From: Utricularia gibba | Taxonomy: Eukaryota; Plantae; Magnoliophyta | NCBI GenBank assembly: GCA_002189035.1 | Contig: NEEC01000008.1 | Coordinates: 1,612,001 to 1,676,000 of the forward strand | Direction of reading: 5' to 3' | Length of the DNA stretch: 64,000 bases | Shown here: positions 35,724 to 48,613 of the stretch, one piece after another | Layout of the letters: each line of letters starts with the position of its first letter | Position numbering within the stretch: position 1 is the first letter of the stretch | Notes under the pieces: generated by a model | The model's database searches: none | Seen by the model: the letters and a program-made list of their open reading frames with translations, nothing else | What the model was told of the DNA's origin: nothing | Made by a program: the position numbers and the translations under genes

Positions 35724-37912
35724 ATGTTTTTCACTGCAGCCGCTGAGGAGCTAGATGCATACTACCCTATTAGACCGGAATGTCAAGCTGATGTTCCCAA
35801 GACCCGTTTTAAGGCGCGGGTATGTAAGTGTTCAATACTGGGGCTTTCCCCATTTAGGATCTTTGTTTTTTTGCTAATACTCTTGACAGGTTGGGAAGAC
35901 ATTAAGCCCAAGAAGATGGAACGCAGCATTTTCCGAGGATGGTCATTTAGAGATAGGGGGTGTTCTGAGACGAATTCAGAGAGGGGTAAATAAGTAGATA
36001 ACATTTAAAGTTACGATTTTTATGCTGCACAAATATATGACCATTTGGAAGGTTCAATACATATGTTGATCGATGAGAAATTCGGCTGTCTTTTGCTTTT
36101 CATATATCAGGGGATTCATCCTACAATTAAGGGGGCTGTCTGGGAGTTCTTGTTGGGGTGTTTTGATCCCAACAGTACATATGATGAACGAAATAGCGTT
36201 AGGGAACGCAGAAGGTGAGCCAACTACACCCCTGAACAATGGATTTTGCTGTAAACCTTTTTTGGTGGTTGTACTCTGTAGACTCAAAATAACTTGTAGA
36301 TTTTGTATGTGCATTTGAAGGCAACAGTATGCTGAATGGAAAGCTGAATGTCAAAAGATGGTGCCTACCATTGGCAGTGGAAGCCTCATCACAATGCCTA
36401 TCATTTCGAATGATGGTGTCTCATTGCAAGAACCTGATACGGATAGTGATGGTACAGTGTCAATTAGTGCTCCTTCAGACCAAAAGGAGATTCAGTGGAA
36501 GCTTACCCTCCCGCAAATTGGTGTGTGAATGTTTAATGCAGCATAAATTTGATCAATGTAGCAAATTTGTCTCTGATTATGTCAATATGATCACCCCTTC
36601 TTCTTTATACCTTGTGAATTGTTCCTGTCGATTCTTATGTGTAAACTTCATTGTCCAGGTCTGGATGTCGTACGGACAGATCGAACGCTCGTATACTATG
36701 AAAATGAAGCTAATCAGGGTAGACTTTGGGATATTCTTTCTGTGTATGCTTGGGTGGATAGTGACATTGGGTATGTCCAAGGTAATTCCTTTAGAAGGAT
36801 CCCATAGAAATGAGAACCTGAAATTCTTTTGAAAGATCCTATACATTTGTACTTCAGTTTATCCCCTTTGTCAGGAATGAATGACATTTGCTCTCCAATG
36901 GTGATTCTTCTTGAGCATGAAGCGGATGCCTTCTGGTGCTTTGAGCGTGCCATGCGTCGTCTGGTATGATTAGATCATCATTAGGGTAGTCCAGAAACCT
37001 GTTATGAGCTTCAATGACCGATTCTTCTCTGTCTTTCAAAGAGGGAAAACTTCAGGTGCACTGCAAGTTCCATGGGAGTACAGACTCAGCTCAGTACCCT
37101 GGGACAGATCATTCAAGCCATTGATCCAAAGCTCCACCAACACTTGGGTATTTCCTTTTTGCTTCGTCCAGTTCGATGCTCAATCCTTCCTCATATGCAT
37201 GACATGAGTTCCTGCAGAGGAGCTGGATGGTGGCGAATACCTCTTCGCCATCCGCATGCTGATGGTTCTCTTCCGAAGGGAGTTCTCCTTCGTCGACGCG
37301 GTGTACCTCTGGGAGGTAAACCGCCCACCTTGTTGTGCTTCTTCGAACCAGTCTGCCATGAACAATCTTCGCTTCGTGTGGCAGGTTATGTGGGCTATGG
37401 AGTACAACCCCAACATATATTCCTCCTACGAGGAGGCCAGCAGCTTGAATGGCAACGCAGAAGCGAAGCTGAACAGCAAGCTGCTCAAACAGTACGGGAA
37501 GTTCGAGAGGAAGAACCTGCAGACCGGATGGACGGACAACCGAGGCGCTCTGGCCGTGTTCGTCGCTGCTAGCGTGCTTGAGAAGAAGAACAAGCAGCTT
37601 CTTAACAACGCGCAGGGGCTTGACGACGTCGTTCAGGTACCCACCTCGCCCTGCATCGGCATTCCCTCTTCTTGCGGCCCTGCCTAACACAGACTTACTT
37701 CTCCTCCTCTGCATCTAGATTCTAGGGGAGATGACCGGAAACCTGGATGCCAAAAAGGCGCTCAAGGAAGCCCTCAAGATCCACAAGAAGTACTTAAAGG
37801 TACGTACTTCCTTCCACAGTACTGGATTTTGGCTATCATCTTCTTCCTCTTCTTCGCATTTGATTACAGTCTCGTCTCTCTCATCCTACCAATGCAGGCC
37901 AAGAAGTCGTAG
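35724..37912 (+). CDS. TBC-domain Rab GTPase-activating protein (GYP7/TBC1D15-like)
   Basis: YYPIRPECQADVPKTRFKAR|VGKTLSPRRW, GIHPTIKGAVWEFLLG, IG|LDVVRTDR (Arg finger), GYVQG|MNDICSP (Gln finger), EADAFWCFE, LFRREFSF. Start position is approximate. Confidence 0.9.
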
Positions 37913-38833
37913 CTTCTTCCCGGACCCGGTCCGGTCAGCAGCTCAAGTGCCGGTTTAATTATTAAAGATGTTAAAATTCATTTTTCTAAATATATTAATG
38001 CAGGAAAAGCAATATTTTATCATTTTAAAAACATATTTTCCCGGTCCGCAGACCGGCGGTAAGTGGTTTAAACCGAGCATCAGAAAACTTCAATCATCAA
38101 CTATATCTTATGATATAGTATTGTGTGTTTAAAATATTCTATTTTTATGATTTTACGTTTTTTTATTTTTGTAAAAAAAAAATTATACTAAATTAAAATT
38201 ATCTATTTATTTAAATACATTTCTTACCCTCTTCATTTCAATATAGTATATCGTCATCAGATTTTTAAACTCGTGCATAAATCATATAATGGAGGAAAAT
38301 CAAGCTCAAACAAGTTTTAAAATTAAGTATTGGTTCTCGTCCCCGTTCCAAAATCAACCCCTAACCTTGTTTATAAGACTTAATTTAATAAATAATTATA
38401 TCCTATTAAAATATTAAAAGTATTACACTAAACTAATATCATATATCTTATGGTATTCACAAATGGATTAGATTTAAAAACACGTGTATTGTTTTTTGAA
38501 TATAGGAAAAATGTTTATTTATTTTATAAAAATTGGGCATATAAATTGGTTGTGTTTAGAAATATATGTATCTCATTTTTTTGAACATGGGAAAAAAATG
38601 CTCAAAAAGGGATTTACATTAAAACGTAGGCACATAAATTATCTTATTTTTTAATATCAGAAAAAGTTACTAATTATTTTATTTTATGCAAAACAGCAGT
38701 AACACGAAGCTTGCGCAGAGGCGCTCCCAAGTCACAAGGCAAACAGGCGGCCAAATCTGAAAGCTTCACCATTTCTTTTTCGCACGATTCTCATGGAGAA
38801 GGAAGCCCTGGGGAGGAACTGCAAGTGCTGAAA

Positions 38834-39797
38834 ATGGCTCCATCCCACACCCTCTTCTTCTTCCTCCTCATTGCTCCTCTCTTCCTAACCACCGTCGTCT
38901 CTGCCGACAAAATTTTGACTCTGGTTTTCAAAGGCTGCGCCGATCAGAACTTCCAGGACTTCAATGGGGTATACGAACGAACGCTCCAGAATCTCTTCGA
39001 AGGTCTAATATCCCAGTCTTCTTCCACCAAGTTTTACAAAACCTCCACCGCGGAATCCTCGCCCTCTTCCTTTAATGGGCTTTTCCAGTGCCGGGGAGAT
39101 CTCTCAAACGCGGATTGTAACCGCTGCGTCAGCAAGATCCCGAGCCTGGCGCAGAAACTCTGCGGGCAAGCGATTGCTGCGAGAGTTGAGTTAAGTGGTT
39201 GTTACTTGATGTACCAGATTTCTGGGTTCAAGCAGATTAGTGGGACTGAGTTGCTTTACAAAAGTTGCGGCACAAATCGTGCGACTGGTTCCGGTTTCGA
39301 GGAGAGACTCAATTCCGCTTTGGGCGAAATCACGAAAGGCGTAGCTTCGACTGGGTTTTACGCCGGTGGGTATGAATCGGTGTATGTCCTGGGGCAGTGC
39401 CAAGGCGACATAAGCGGCGGAGACTGCGTGAACTGTGCGAGGAACGCCATTGATAGGATCAACACCGAGTGCGCCGGTTCCATTTCCGCGCAGGTGTATC
39501 TTCAGGCCTGCTACATTACCTACACCTATTACCCCAGCGGCGTTCCCACTCACCAGCAACCGGGTTCTACGTCTGGTAACGATTTCGAGTACCCTTTTTT
39601 CTACTAGTTCCGTAGACATGCTTCCGCAAATCCAATATTGGGTGTGGTGGGTGTGTTTAGGGGTTGGAAGTACAACGCAGAAGACGATTGCTCTGGTTCT
39701 CGGAGGCATATTAGGCGTTGGGCTTGTGCTGTCGTGCCTGATGTTTGCGAAATCAGTTTTGGAAAAGAAGAACAACCCTTACAAATTCAATGGTTAG
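38834..39797 (+). CDS. PDLP: Plasmodesmata-located protein (2x DUF26, TM, short cytoplasmic tail)
   Basis: Signal peptide, two C-x8-C-x2-C DUF26 motifs (QCRGDLSNADCNRC and QCQGDISGGDCVNC), TM TIALVLGGILGVGLVLSCLMFA in exon 2, and a basic tail. Confidence 0.9.
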
Positions 39798-40338
39798 TTG
39801 AACAGAAAGAAAAATTCCTCAAAATCTCTGCAACTTGATGCGTCCGTAAAGGAGCTCCGAGAGAATGGCGGAGTCGGTGGTGTTCACCTCGAACGGAGGA
39901 GTTGGCTCGCTTTCTCTTCTGTCGCAAGTTTTGCTTCTTGTCGTTTCCATGAATGATCCACTCTTTATTTAACTAAAGGCAATATTTTGTGGATTTGCTT
40001 TTTTATTTTTTCAAAGCAGCTTTCCGGTTTTTGGCTTGCTTGCTTCTTTTTCAAAATGTGGTCCGACCCGCCGGAAACAACTCGACGGATCCAAATCGGG
40101 TATTGATGGCAGCGGCGGTAATTCTGGTGAAGTTGAGGCTCAATTTGGTACCAGCCTCTGGAAATATCTTCTTCCTTCGTTTTCATGTCTGGAACCTTCT
40201 TACGGCGTGGGGGTTCCAAATTCCCGATCCACCTCGGGATATTTTTCATCGGCGATCGAATCGAAGCGATGGGACGAGTTGTGCGCATGCAGCTTACGGC
40301 CTTTCGTTTCGATTCATCGTTTGGCGCTCTGAACTGTT

Positions 40339-41221
40339 ATGGATCGGGAGGGAGGATCCGACGTTTCACCGTGCTACTACTCTGTTCTTGGAATTCGGAA
40401 AGACGCTTCCGTTGCCCAAGTTCGTGCGGCTTACCGGAAACTCGCTCTGGTGATTGTGCCTTGTTTCCCTCAGTCGATCCTCACTTTCTTCTTCGTTTCG
40501 TTGTTAATTGCTTTAACTGAATGGGCCGATGGATTCTTGTTCTGTCAGAAATGGCATCCTGACCGATGGGCGAAGCACCAATCAGCCTCAGGGGAAGCCA
40601 ACCGCCGCTTCCAGAAAATCCACGAAGCCTACTCAGGTCAATTAATATGTAAACTTTCTCGCTTCTCGTCTGCTTCTTTACTCGGTTCTACGCAACATCG
40701 TAACCAATAAAAGATTCTTCTTCCACTGATACAGTGTTGTCCGACCAAGGGAAGAGATCAGTGTACGACGCCGGCTTTCTCCATCTCCTCGAGGAAGATG
40801 AGGTGTGGGATGTTCTGCTGATGAAGTGGTAGTTTTTTCCTTCTTTTTCTGAGAGTAGTTGTGATTTTTGGTTGATGGCCAGGGAATGGGCGATTTCTTG
40901 CATGACCTTGTGAAGATGATGGATGAACAAAAGAGTGTAGGATGCCATGTAGGTGAAATGATCCTTTTCTTCTTCTTCTTCTTCTTCCAGTGATTCATTC
41001 CCTCCGAATCCCTCACTCAACAAAGTCTTTGATGGAGTTGCGTTGTATTATTGTAGAGGGAAGAAAGCTTAGAGGATCTGCAGAAGAGTTTCATCGAATT
41101 GTTCGGCGATGATCTGGCCAACATGATGCAGCACCACAATGATCCAACGGCGTCGAGGAGCAGAGAACAGGCCACTGCGCGAGTCACCCCCCGCTCCAAG
41201 GCCAAGGGCTCCCGCGCCTGA
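40339..41221 (+). CDS. Small type III J-domain (DnaJ) protein, 5 exons
   Basis: [22 protein letters not shown]|[20 protein letters not shown]|[34 protein letters not shown]; HPD motif intact. Confidence 0.9.
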
Positions 41222-41640
41222 AAATCTAAACTTGGCCATCGTCTTCTCGGGCGCTGAATATTTGATTCGCTTGATGGCACTCATGTATCCACTATCCACA
41301 ACCCCTTCTTTCCCCATTGGTAAACTAGATGAAATTCAACTCTTTTCTGAAAGCCAATTTGGATTCAAAAAGGACTTGAAAGATGAACAACGAACACCAT
41401 CCGCTTCCTAAAGGATACCGAACGTGGGAAAATATGTATGTTCTTCGTCATCTTGAACTCGTCGGCCTTTGCTGGATTGACACTGCACTTTTCAAGTAAA
41501 CACTAGAGATTAGTACTGTTCGTGAAGGGATATCGAGATTGATGAGGCGGAAGCCGACTACTTTGGGCATTTCAACACATTACTGAAAAGAAAAAGGAAG
41601 GAAATTCAGGACGTAGGGATCGAAGACCGGAAGTGAAAGA

Positions 41641-41859
41641 TCAGCCGCTTTTAGTGACGGGATCGGAACCAGCGGAGGAGTCGGCGATTAGAGGAGCTGC
41701 AGCGGTTGTGGCTTGCTCATCGGGATCGTAATCCGGGTTAAGGCTGCGATCTATCGCTTCGCGACCTTTCTCAAGGCAAGGCTTGCAGGCGATCTCGATC
41801 GTGCACCACCCCAGCGCCACCGCAGCTATCGCGATCACCGCCGCTGTCACCGCTCCCAT
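41641..41859 (-). CDS. OEP7: Chloroplast outer envelope protein 7-like
   Basis: 72 aa: MGAVTAAVIAIAAVALGWCTIEIACKPCLEKGREAIDRSLNPDYDPD. It has a single N-terminal TM with the GW..IE.A.KP signature of the OEP7 family. Confidence 0.75.
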   Translation of the reverse strand: MGAVTAAVIAIAAVALGWCTIEIACKPCLEKGREAIDRSLNPDYDPDEQATTAAAPLIADSSAGSDPVTKSG

Positions 41860-43544
41860 TTCTCACAGCCGATTTGGCTCCTATCCTCGCGTTGCCCCGC
41901 CCCCTGATGTCGACATGCGCTACGGTGATAGGCGACTCAGATTGGGCCGGTGCAGCTATAGAGCCATATAGCTACAAATCTATCGAATCCGGCCCATTTA
42001 CTTGGAGAATAGAATACCAGTGCCTTTATTTTTTTTCAAGTGGACACGTGGTTTCTTGCAATGGAGCCGACAACCGGGAGAGGGGTTTTCCGGTAAGAGC
42101 TCACTACATATTATATTAAGTTAGTGAAATTCAACTTACTTTGTATCCAAGGAAAGAAACAATAGACGTTTGCGGGCCCAGATAGATGGACCGTTTGTGC
42201 AAGTCACGTGTGGCCCCGCCGCCCCCCTCGCACGGGTGCCCGGCTCCATACCCGAACACAAATGTCCAATTATTCTTTTATTTTGATATAATTTTATTTT
42301 TACAGCATTCATCAATTCCGATGCTGCTGCTGCCGCCTCGTCTGAACACACACAACTGTGAGTATATACATGTACTCATTAATTCTGCCATTCTGGAATG
42401 GGTAAGAGTTTGTGTAGGGAATGGATGGCGTGGGTGTTGTCCAGTACCATACCACGTCCCTGTCCAGTCCCCATGGTATAAGACATCTCCCGGGTTTGCT
42501 TGCACGATGCCTCACCATCTTTCGGTCTGGTCCCAACCATCCCCGCCTTCTCCTTCGAGCATAAGCAAACTTAACTCTCATGCACTTTAGACCATAAACT
42601 CCACGTTTTTACGAAGCTACCTTTGCAGTGGAAAAGTGGGATAAGAATGCAGTGGCAATCCTCCTTAGGATTCGCAGATGGTGATTGTGATTGGAAACCA
42701 CAACAACACAAACTTTGATACTTTGAAAACTAGCAGAAAAAGCTTAGGATGCTCAATGCATTTGTCAAATTCTACTTTGAATATAATATATTCAGGCCAC
42801 AGAATTCTCTGGAATTCTACGTGTGGTCCTGACAGGCAACACATGAGTCGGCTCAGCTCATGCGCGGGAACCATCAGATCCAGCTCCAATCCATGCACTG
42901 CGTCGAGGATACCTATACCCAAGAAGAGGTACAATCTCTCTGGTCCCCGTGCTGGATGTCTCTTCAGGGAGCAACCGACGAGAATTCCCAATACCAAAAC
43001 TCCATATCAGACACATGAAAGCAGGGTGTCGCCATTCACATGTAGAGATCAATCAGATTTGAGTTTCATTCTATTAGAACAAATCTGAGCTTAAAAGTAA
43101 AATAGTGAGTATATAATACATTATAAATTATTATTAATTAATCGAGTTTAATCTTTTTTAATATGATCTATATTTATTATATATTTAAATTTTATATGTA
43201 ATCGTTTGATTGATCGAATTCTTAATTTTAATATGGTATCAATACAATTATCAATTATTAGTGATTTACAATTTGTTATATATTTCATTATTTCAATTTT
43301 AACTTTTCAGGGTAAGATTATTTATTTTAATATTTATCCTCAAGTAAAATTGATATTTCATAGTATTAAGATTTGTTTTTTTACCCCCTCATACAATTCA
43401 TTTGATCATGAATTCAGATGCCTTTGATTCGTCGGGATGTGATGAGAACAGAGCAGTGCTCCTGTAGTACCTCAAAAATCTCTCGTGTTTAAAAAATGAT
43501 ATAATATTATTAGATATTAATTATGAAGATAGAAAATGATGCAT

Positions 43545-43640
43545 TGGCATAGGGCCCAGGGCACACTGAAAGCCCACGTGACTGCTGTGTACATTAGTTA
43601 AACAAACGGGGGCCCACGGGCCCGTGTCACATGCCTTGCC
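43545..43640. promoter_or_regulatory. TCP-site/G-box cluster in the distal Aux/IAA upstream region
   Basis: gggccca, cacgtg and ggggcccacgggccc (GGNCCCAC class I TCP consensus) form a GC-rich island within AT-rich DNA. Confidence 0.4.
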
Positions 43641-44081
43641 CTGGCGGCATTCATCTGACTGGTTCACACCCTTGGGAGATCCATCTCGTATGTTATTCAC
43701 TGTTCCACGTGTAATGTTACTGTTGGCAATGAATTTCGTTAAAGGGTATGTCTTCGAATACATTTGAAGTGAATTCTATTTGTATATGGATATATTTTAC
43801 CTTAAAAACTATTAATTTAATACTATTTATATATTAATCTTGAAAATCAATTTGATCACGTGTGAATTTATCGCGTTCATTTTTGGAAGACAAATTCCAA
43901 TTTTGTGTTTGCACCCCCCAAATTAATAACATTTACGTGTATGAGGATCCGACGGTAGGAGATTCATCGGAGGCTCGTAAAATTTCCTGGCCCCACATGG
44001 AATTGAATGGCGGGAGTTGGGAGTGGCCCAGTCGTGTTCCCCACCGCACCGAATCATGACTAAAGCCTGCCTTTCCTTTAC

Positions 44082-44294
44082 CCGACAGTGAAATCTATCC
44101 GTAGGAAAAACGTCGCCCCCGCATCTGGACCGTTGGCTTCAATCCCACACCGCGCCTTCTCTTTCCGAACCCGTCGCTGCCTCGCCAGCCAATCTCCGCT
44201 GTACGCCGTTAACTCCCCACCTAACGCCGTCTCCTCTTATTTCACGCCGTTAACTCGCCCACACGTCCGCTCTCCCCAAACCCTCCTATATATA
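44082..44294 (+). promoter_or_regulatory. Aux/IAA proximal promoter: CCGACA (TGTCGG AuxRE) and TATA box
   Basis: ccgaca at 44082-44087 and ctatatata at ~44286-44294, about 65 bp before the ATG. Confidence 0.4.
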
Positions 44295-44359
44295 CAAAGC
44301 CTCCCACATCCAGAATCGTTCATCTTCATCTGCGTCACACGATTTTAGCAGCTGAATCA

Positions 44360-44999
44360 ATGGATCTGAATCTTGAAGCGACGGAGCTCCGATTGGGGTT
44401 ACCGGGAGCGTCTTCCAGTAGCAAGAGGATGTCTGCGGAAATGGGGGAAATCCCGTTCAGAAGTGAGAACGACAAACCCTTGATTGTGAGGGTTTCCTTT
44501 TTTTTTTCTTATAGGTTGGTGTTCTGATGGAATTCGGTCTTGTTTTTCCAGGCAGCAAGTTGTCGGTTGGCCTCCTGTGAGATCTTACCGGAAAAACGCC
44601 GTTATGAAAAAGGCGGATTCGTCGGAGAACAGTTCTGGAATGTTCGTGAAGGTTAGCATGGACGGCGCCCCTTACCTGAGGAAAATCGATCTCAAATTCC
44701 ACAGCAACTACGCCGATCTACTCAAAGCCTTGGAAAACATGTTCAAATGCGATCTCGGTACGGTTCCTCCATCCCCAACAATTCCTTGCTCGATTCCGGC
44801 GACCCAGAAATTAAAACAATCCGTGTTTTGTGATTCAGGGTTCTCCGACTACGCGCCGACGTACGAGGACAAGGATGGGGACTGGATGCTGGTCGGCGAC
44901 GTGCCGTGGGAAATGTTCATCACCTCATGCCAAAGAATGAGAATCATGAGAGGCTCGGAAGCCAAAGGATTGCAGACTCAACAACTGTTCTCAAAGTAG
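44360..44999 (+). CDS. IAA: Aux/IAA repressor (IAA1-4/AUX22 type), 3 exons
   Basis: Domain [10 protein letters not shown], domain [16 protein letters not shown], domain [20 protein letters not shown], domain [22 protein letters not shown]. Confidence 0.95.
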
Positions 45000-45511
45000 A
45001 TGACTTCACACACCATGCTCCCCGTTCCTCGTCCTCTTCCCTCTTCGTATTCGCAAGTCGGTGAACACGAGAATGGAAGACGATGGTTCGCCGCCGCCTG
45101 GTAACTGCACCGTAGAGAAGTCGAGGGTTTTTTGCTGATTTGTTGGCGGACATTGGCATCCCACACGCTGCTGTAAATATGAATATTTTGCTGCTATGTT
45201 CCTTTCTTCTTCATGCGCCTATCCAATGACTCCATTCTTCACCAAAATCTTCATTTTTATAAATCTTTTATCTTTTTATCTATTATTTTTTTTATTTTTA
45301 TACGACTGAAAGCAATTTATACATAATAATATTCTTACAAAATGAAAAAAAAAGACGGTTATGGGTTGTAAACATTAAAAAGGGAAATAGTAAATTATTA
45401 GCTTATTTTCTTTAGCTATTACCAATGCTACCTAACTTTTTATAATTAAAATAGGTATTTTTAATTTTTTTACCATAAAAAATAGAATAAACTCCCATAA
45501 ATTATTATTTT

Positions 45512-45853
45512 GGAAGGTATTTGATAGTTTGGCTTCAGTATCTATATATATAACAATTTAAGTTTGGTAAATTAGTTTAATAATATACAACTATTTTACA
45601 AAATTAACTTAAAACACTCAAAATTAGAAATTTCAAAACTTATTTTGTAGTTGGGTTTTGGTAAATAATCTAATTTATAACTTTTTTATTTTAAATATAT
45701 TTATCAAATATATTACTTTAAATAAATAAATATATTAAATATATTAAATTTATAAATCAAAAAAATTTGATATTAACCACATAATATATATTTATCTAAA
45801 TACAAATAAATTAAATATATTATTAATTATAATATACTATCAAATATACCCTC
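45512..45853. mobile_element. ~340-bp MITE, copy A
   Basis: Termini ggaaggtatttgatag ... ctatcaaatataccctc. The interior is collinear with 60432-60770 (shared blocks tttaataatata, ttttacaaaa.taa..taaaacact, atttcaaaact, atttatctaaata.aaataa). Confidence 0.7.
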
Positions 45854-45858
45854 TAAAG

Positions 45859-45923
45859 TATGAGGGAAACATTCTAAATTTTCATGTCTAATGTTATTAA
45901 TATCAAGTTATGAGGGAAACATT
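45859..45923 (+). repeat. 15-bp perfect direct repeat
   Basis: tatgagggaaacatt at 45859-45873 and 45909-45923, next to the right end of MITE copy A. Confidence 0.7.
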
Positions 45924-46267
45924 GAATCCGCATAAACAAATAAACTTACGTTATCGATTTTTTTTTTTTAATTTTTGAAATAGAGTAGGATTAATTTTAT
46001 CTGATTTTGAACGATTTCGAATCAATGTTGTTTGATTTTTAAATAGTAGTAAAGAATGATAATATTTTAAGGAATAATTATGTCATTTATAAAAATATTT
46101 GGAAATATTGACGTAATTATTTTGTTTATTATCTTTTGGCTAAATCCTAAGCCCGAAGGTGGCAACATTGATGGTATGCACTTGTTGCCAGTGGTACTAT
46201 GGCCTTTGTTTATTGATGTGATGGGCTCTTTTACAAGATCATGTAATTGGAGGTGGGTTTTACCTAA

Positions 46268-46316
46268 TGGGCCTCTTATTGGGCCTGTTAGTGAGCTATA
46301 ATTCTTTGTATGGGCC
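46268..46316 (+). promoter_or_regulatory. Site II cluster of the H2A.Z promoter
   Basis: Three TGGGCC at 46268, 46280 and 46311. Confidence 0.6.
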
Positions 46317-46736
46317 TGTGCGTCGGCTTTTCAGGTACCCTCGTGAATTGGGGTGACGACGAAAAGTGAAAGGGGGGGAATCCCTGGCTGCGAATTCGGT
46401 TTCCAAAACAGCATCCACCCGCCAAGGCAGCTTTGACTTCTGAAATAGGCTTAATTTTTCTCCGATCTTGAAATTTCCTTTCGTCGTTCGGTAATTTGTC
46501 TTCTCCTTCTCCTCATTTTGTTTTTAGGGTATGAGTTTATCTTTTTTATGGTTCGACTTCGCCTTGGGGTCTGATATTCTCTGGATTTGATGTTGATGGT
46601 GTTGTGCTGCATTCTGATGGATATGGATATGGTATTCGAGACGTTTTAGTGTTCTGAGGATAGGAATTGTGAAAATATTGTAGTGTAGGGAATACTAGCT
46701 TTGTCTTTGATGCAATTAGCTGTTGTTTGTTGCAGA

Positions 46737-47422
46737 ATGGCTGGAAAAGGAGGAAAGGGGCTTGTGGCGGGGAAAACAACGGCCGCCTCCGCGTCCAGCA
46801 AAGACAAAGATAAGAAACAGCCGGTTTCGAGGTCGGCTCGTGCAGGTCTCCAGGTTTGAGCCCACAAATGAACCTCTTGCTTAATCTGAATCGTGTTCAT
46901 CCTTTCTAAAAATCCCAGTTTTCTTTGTTTAAGATCCTCATTACTGCAAATACACTTATGATTTCATTATGAGCTTACAAGGTTCGCTAGTGCTCTGTTA
47001 TTTGTATTCGTGAATGCAAGCTGCAGCCCTTGTTTAGTTTCAAGACGTTGTTCTCTGTGTTTTAGTTCAAAGAGCCAGTTTTTTAGTGCCTCCGGCAGCT
47101 GACTCATGTCCATGCTTTGGTTTAGTTTCCTGTGGGCAGAATTCACCGCCAGCTGAAGACAAGAACCACCGCCCACGGAAGAGTGGGAGCAACCGCAGCT
47201 GTTTACTCCGCCGCAATCCTTGAATATCTGACCGCAGAAGTTCTTGAGCTGGCCGGAAATGCGAGCAAGGATCTCAAGGTGAAGAGGATAACACCCCGGC
47301 ACCTTCAACTGGCCATCCGTGGAGACGAGGAGCTCGACACGCTGATCAAGGGCACCATCGCCGGCGGCGGTGTCATCCCTCACATTCACAAGTCCCTCAT
47401 CAACAAAACCACCAAGGAATGA
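46737..47422 (+). CDS. H2A.Z: Histone variant H2A.Z
   Basis: [17 protein letters not shown]|[91 protein letters not shown]. Confidence 0.98.
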
Positions 47423-47681
47423 GTTCTCACCGCCCCCTTCTGTTCATTCTCCAGTCATTTGTCTTACTTGATGAGAACTGTACGGTACTAAGCGTTCTGT
47501 CATCTTCCCTGAATTTGATCTGCTTTCTGAAACGGTGGCTGCTGTTGACTCTCGAATTCAAGCGTTTATGTTGTTCTTTTTTATTAATTTTTTCGCAAGG
47601 ATTATTTTTATGCTAATAAATTACTATTAGTTGAAATGAGGTAGTAATTAGAGAAAAGCCCATTCTCTGGCTGCCAACCTC

Positions 47682-47698
47682 CACGTGACGGGCACGTG
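47682..47698. promoter_or_regulatory. Paired G-boxes upstream of the F-box/kelch gene
   Basis: CACGTG at 47682-47687 and 47693-47698. Confidence 0.5.
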
Positions 47699-48613
47699 AA
47701 GGGGTAAGGGCGCACGGCAAGGCACCCAAGAGGAACAGCAAGGAATATCCAAACTGTGTCCAGTCCCCGCATTCACATTTCGTCTCTGCATACCAGAATT
47801 TCGCCTCTCTGGGAGTCGTCTCCTCTTTCTTTTTTTTTTGTTTGTTTGATGAAATCGCTCTAACCCGCGATCTTCCTAGGGCGATCCGTTCTACAAACTG
47901 CATTTTTATTTTGACAATTGGTGGCTTGGGTGCAGCTGGGGAATATTTCTGCGGCGCACTCGTCGCGGCTTGGATGTTTATTTATTTGGGTTTCGGAATT
48001 GGAACTACGATATTGGTTTTTTGTGTTGGGTGATTTGATAATCAGGTTCGTTTTTATTCGCATTCACTGGATTTGTGATGTTCGATGCTTGAATTCAACC
48101 TATTCGATGTGGGTGTTTTTATGGGACTTTCGGTTTCTGATTTTGGTAATCTTTTTAATATTTTGATGGTGAAAGTTCCAATGAATTCTTGATGGAGTGA
48201 GATTATGAATGTCTGCAACCGTATGATCCATGGTATTGCGTGCGTGATTGGGAAATTTAAATTCAAGAGCTCCTCACTTTGAGAAGTTGACCCATTTCCA
48301 AAAAGCAAAGCTTGAAGCCTAAAGATCAACACTTTGATTACAGTGATGCCTATAGTTTGTGTAAAATAAGAAGGAACTGGTTGAACACCATAGAACCGTA
48401 TTACCTAAACGAGTATATATGCTTTTCATTTGAGATTTTCTGAGTTTGCGAGACTGTGGTTGCGGCCCTTTTGTAAAGATCTTTAGCCAATCTTATCATA
48501 AACATTAGTTCAGGGGTTGTACTAACATCTATCCACCTTTACTGATGTTCCAGATTCTGGGTGTTGTCTGGAGGGAGAAACTTGAAGCCATTCATACTCA
48601 AGAAAGTATAGTC

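Noticed and set aside
38480-38650. Degenerate ~90-bp tandem repeat upstream of PDLP
   Set aside because: Similarity is weak and explicable by AT-rich composition.
40185-40200. Heat-shock element before the J-protein gene
   Set aside because: Only a single GAAnnTTC; a functional HSE needs three alternating nGAAn units.
42640-42690. SPSANPKED on the minus strand as a PSY1-like peptide
   Set aside because: The essential DY sulfation motif is absent (QSQS instead) and no open precursor frame could be built.
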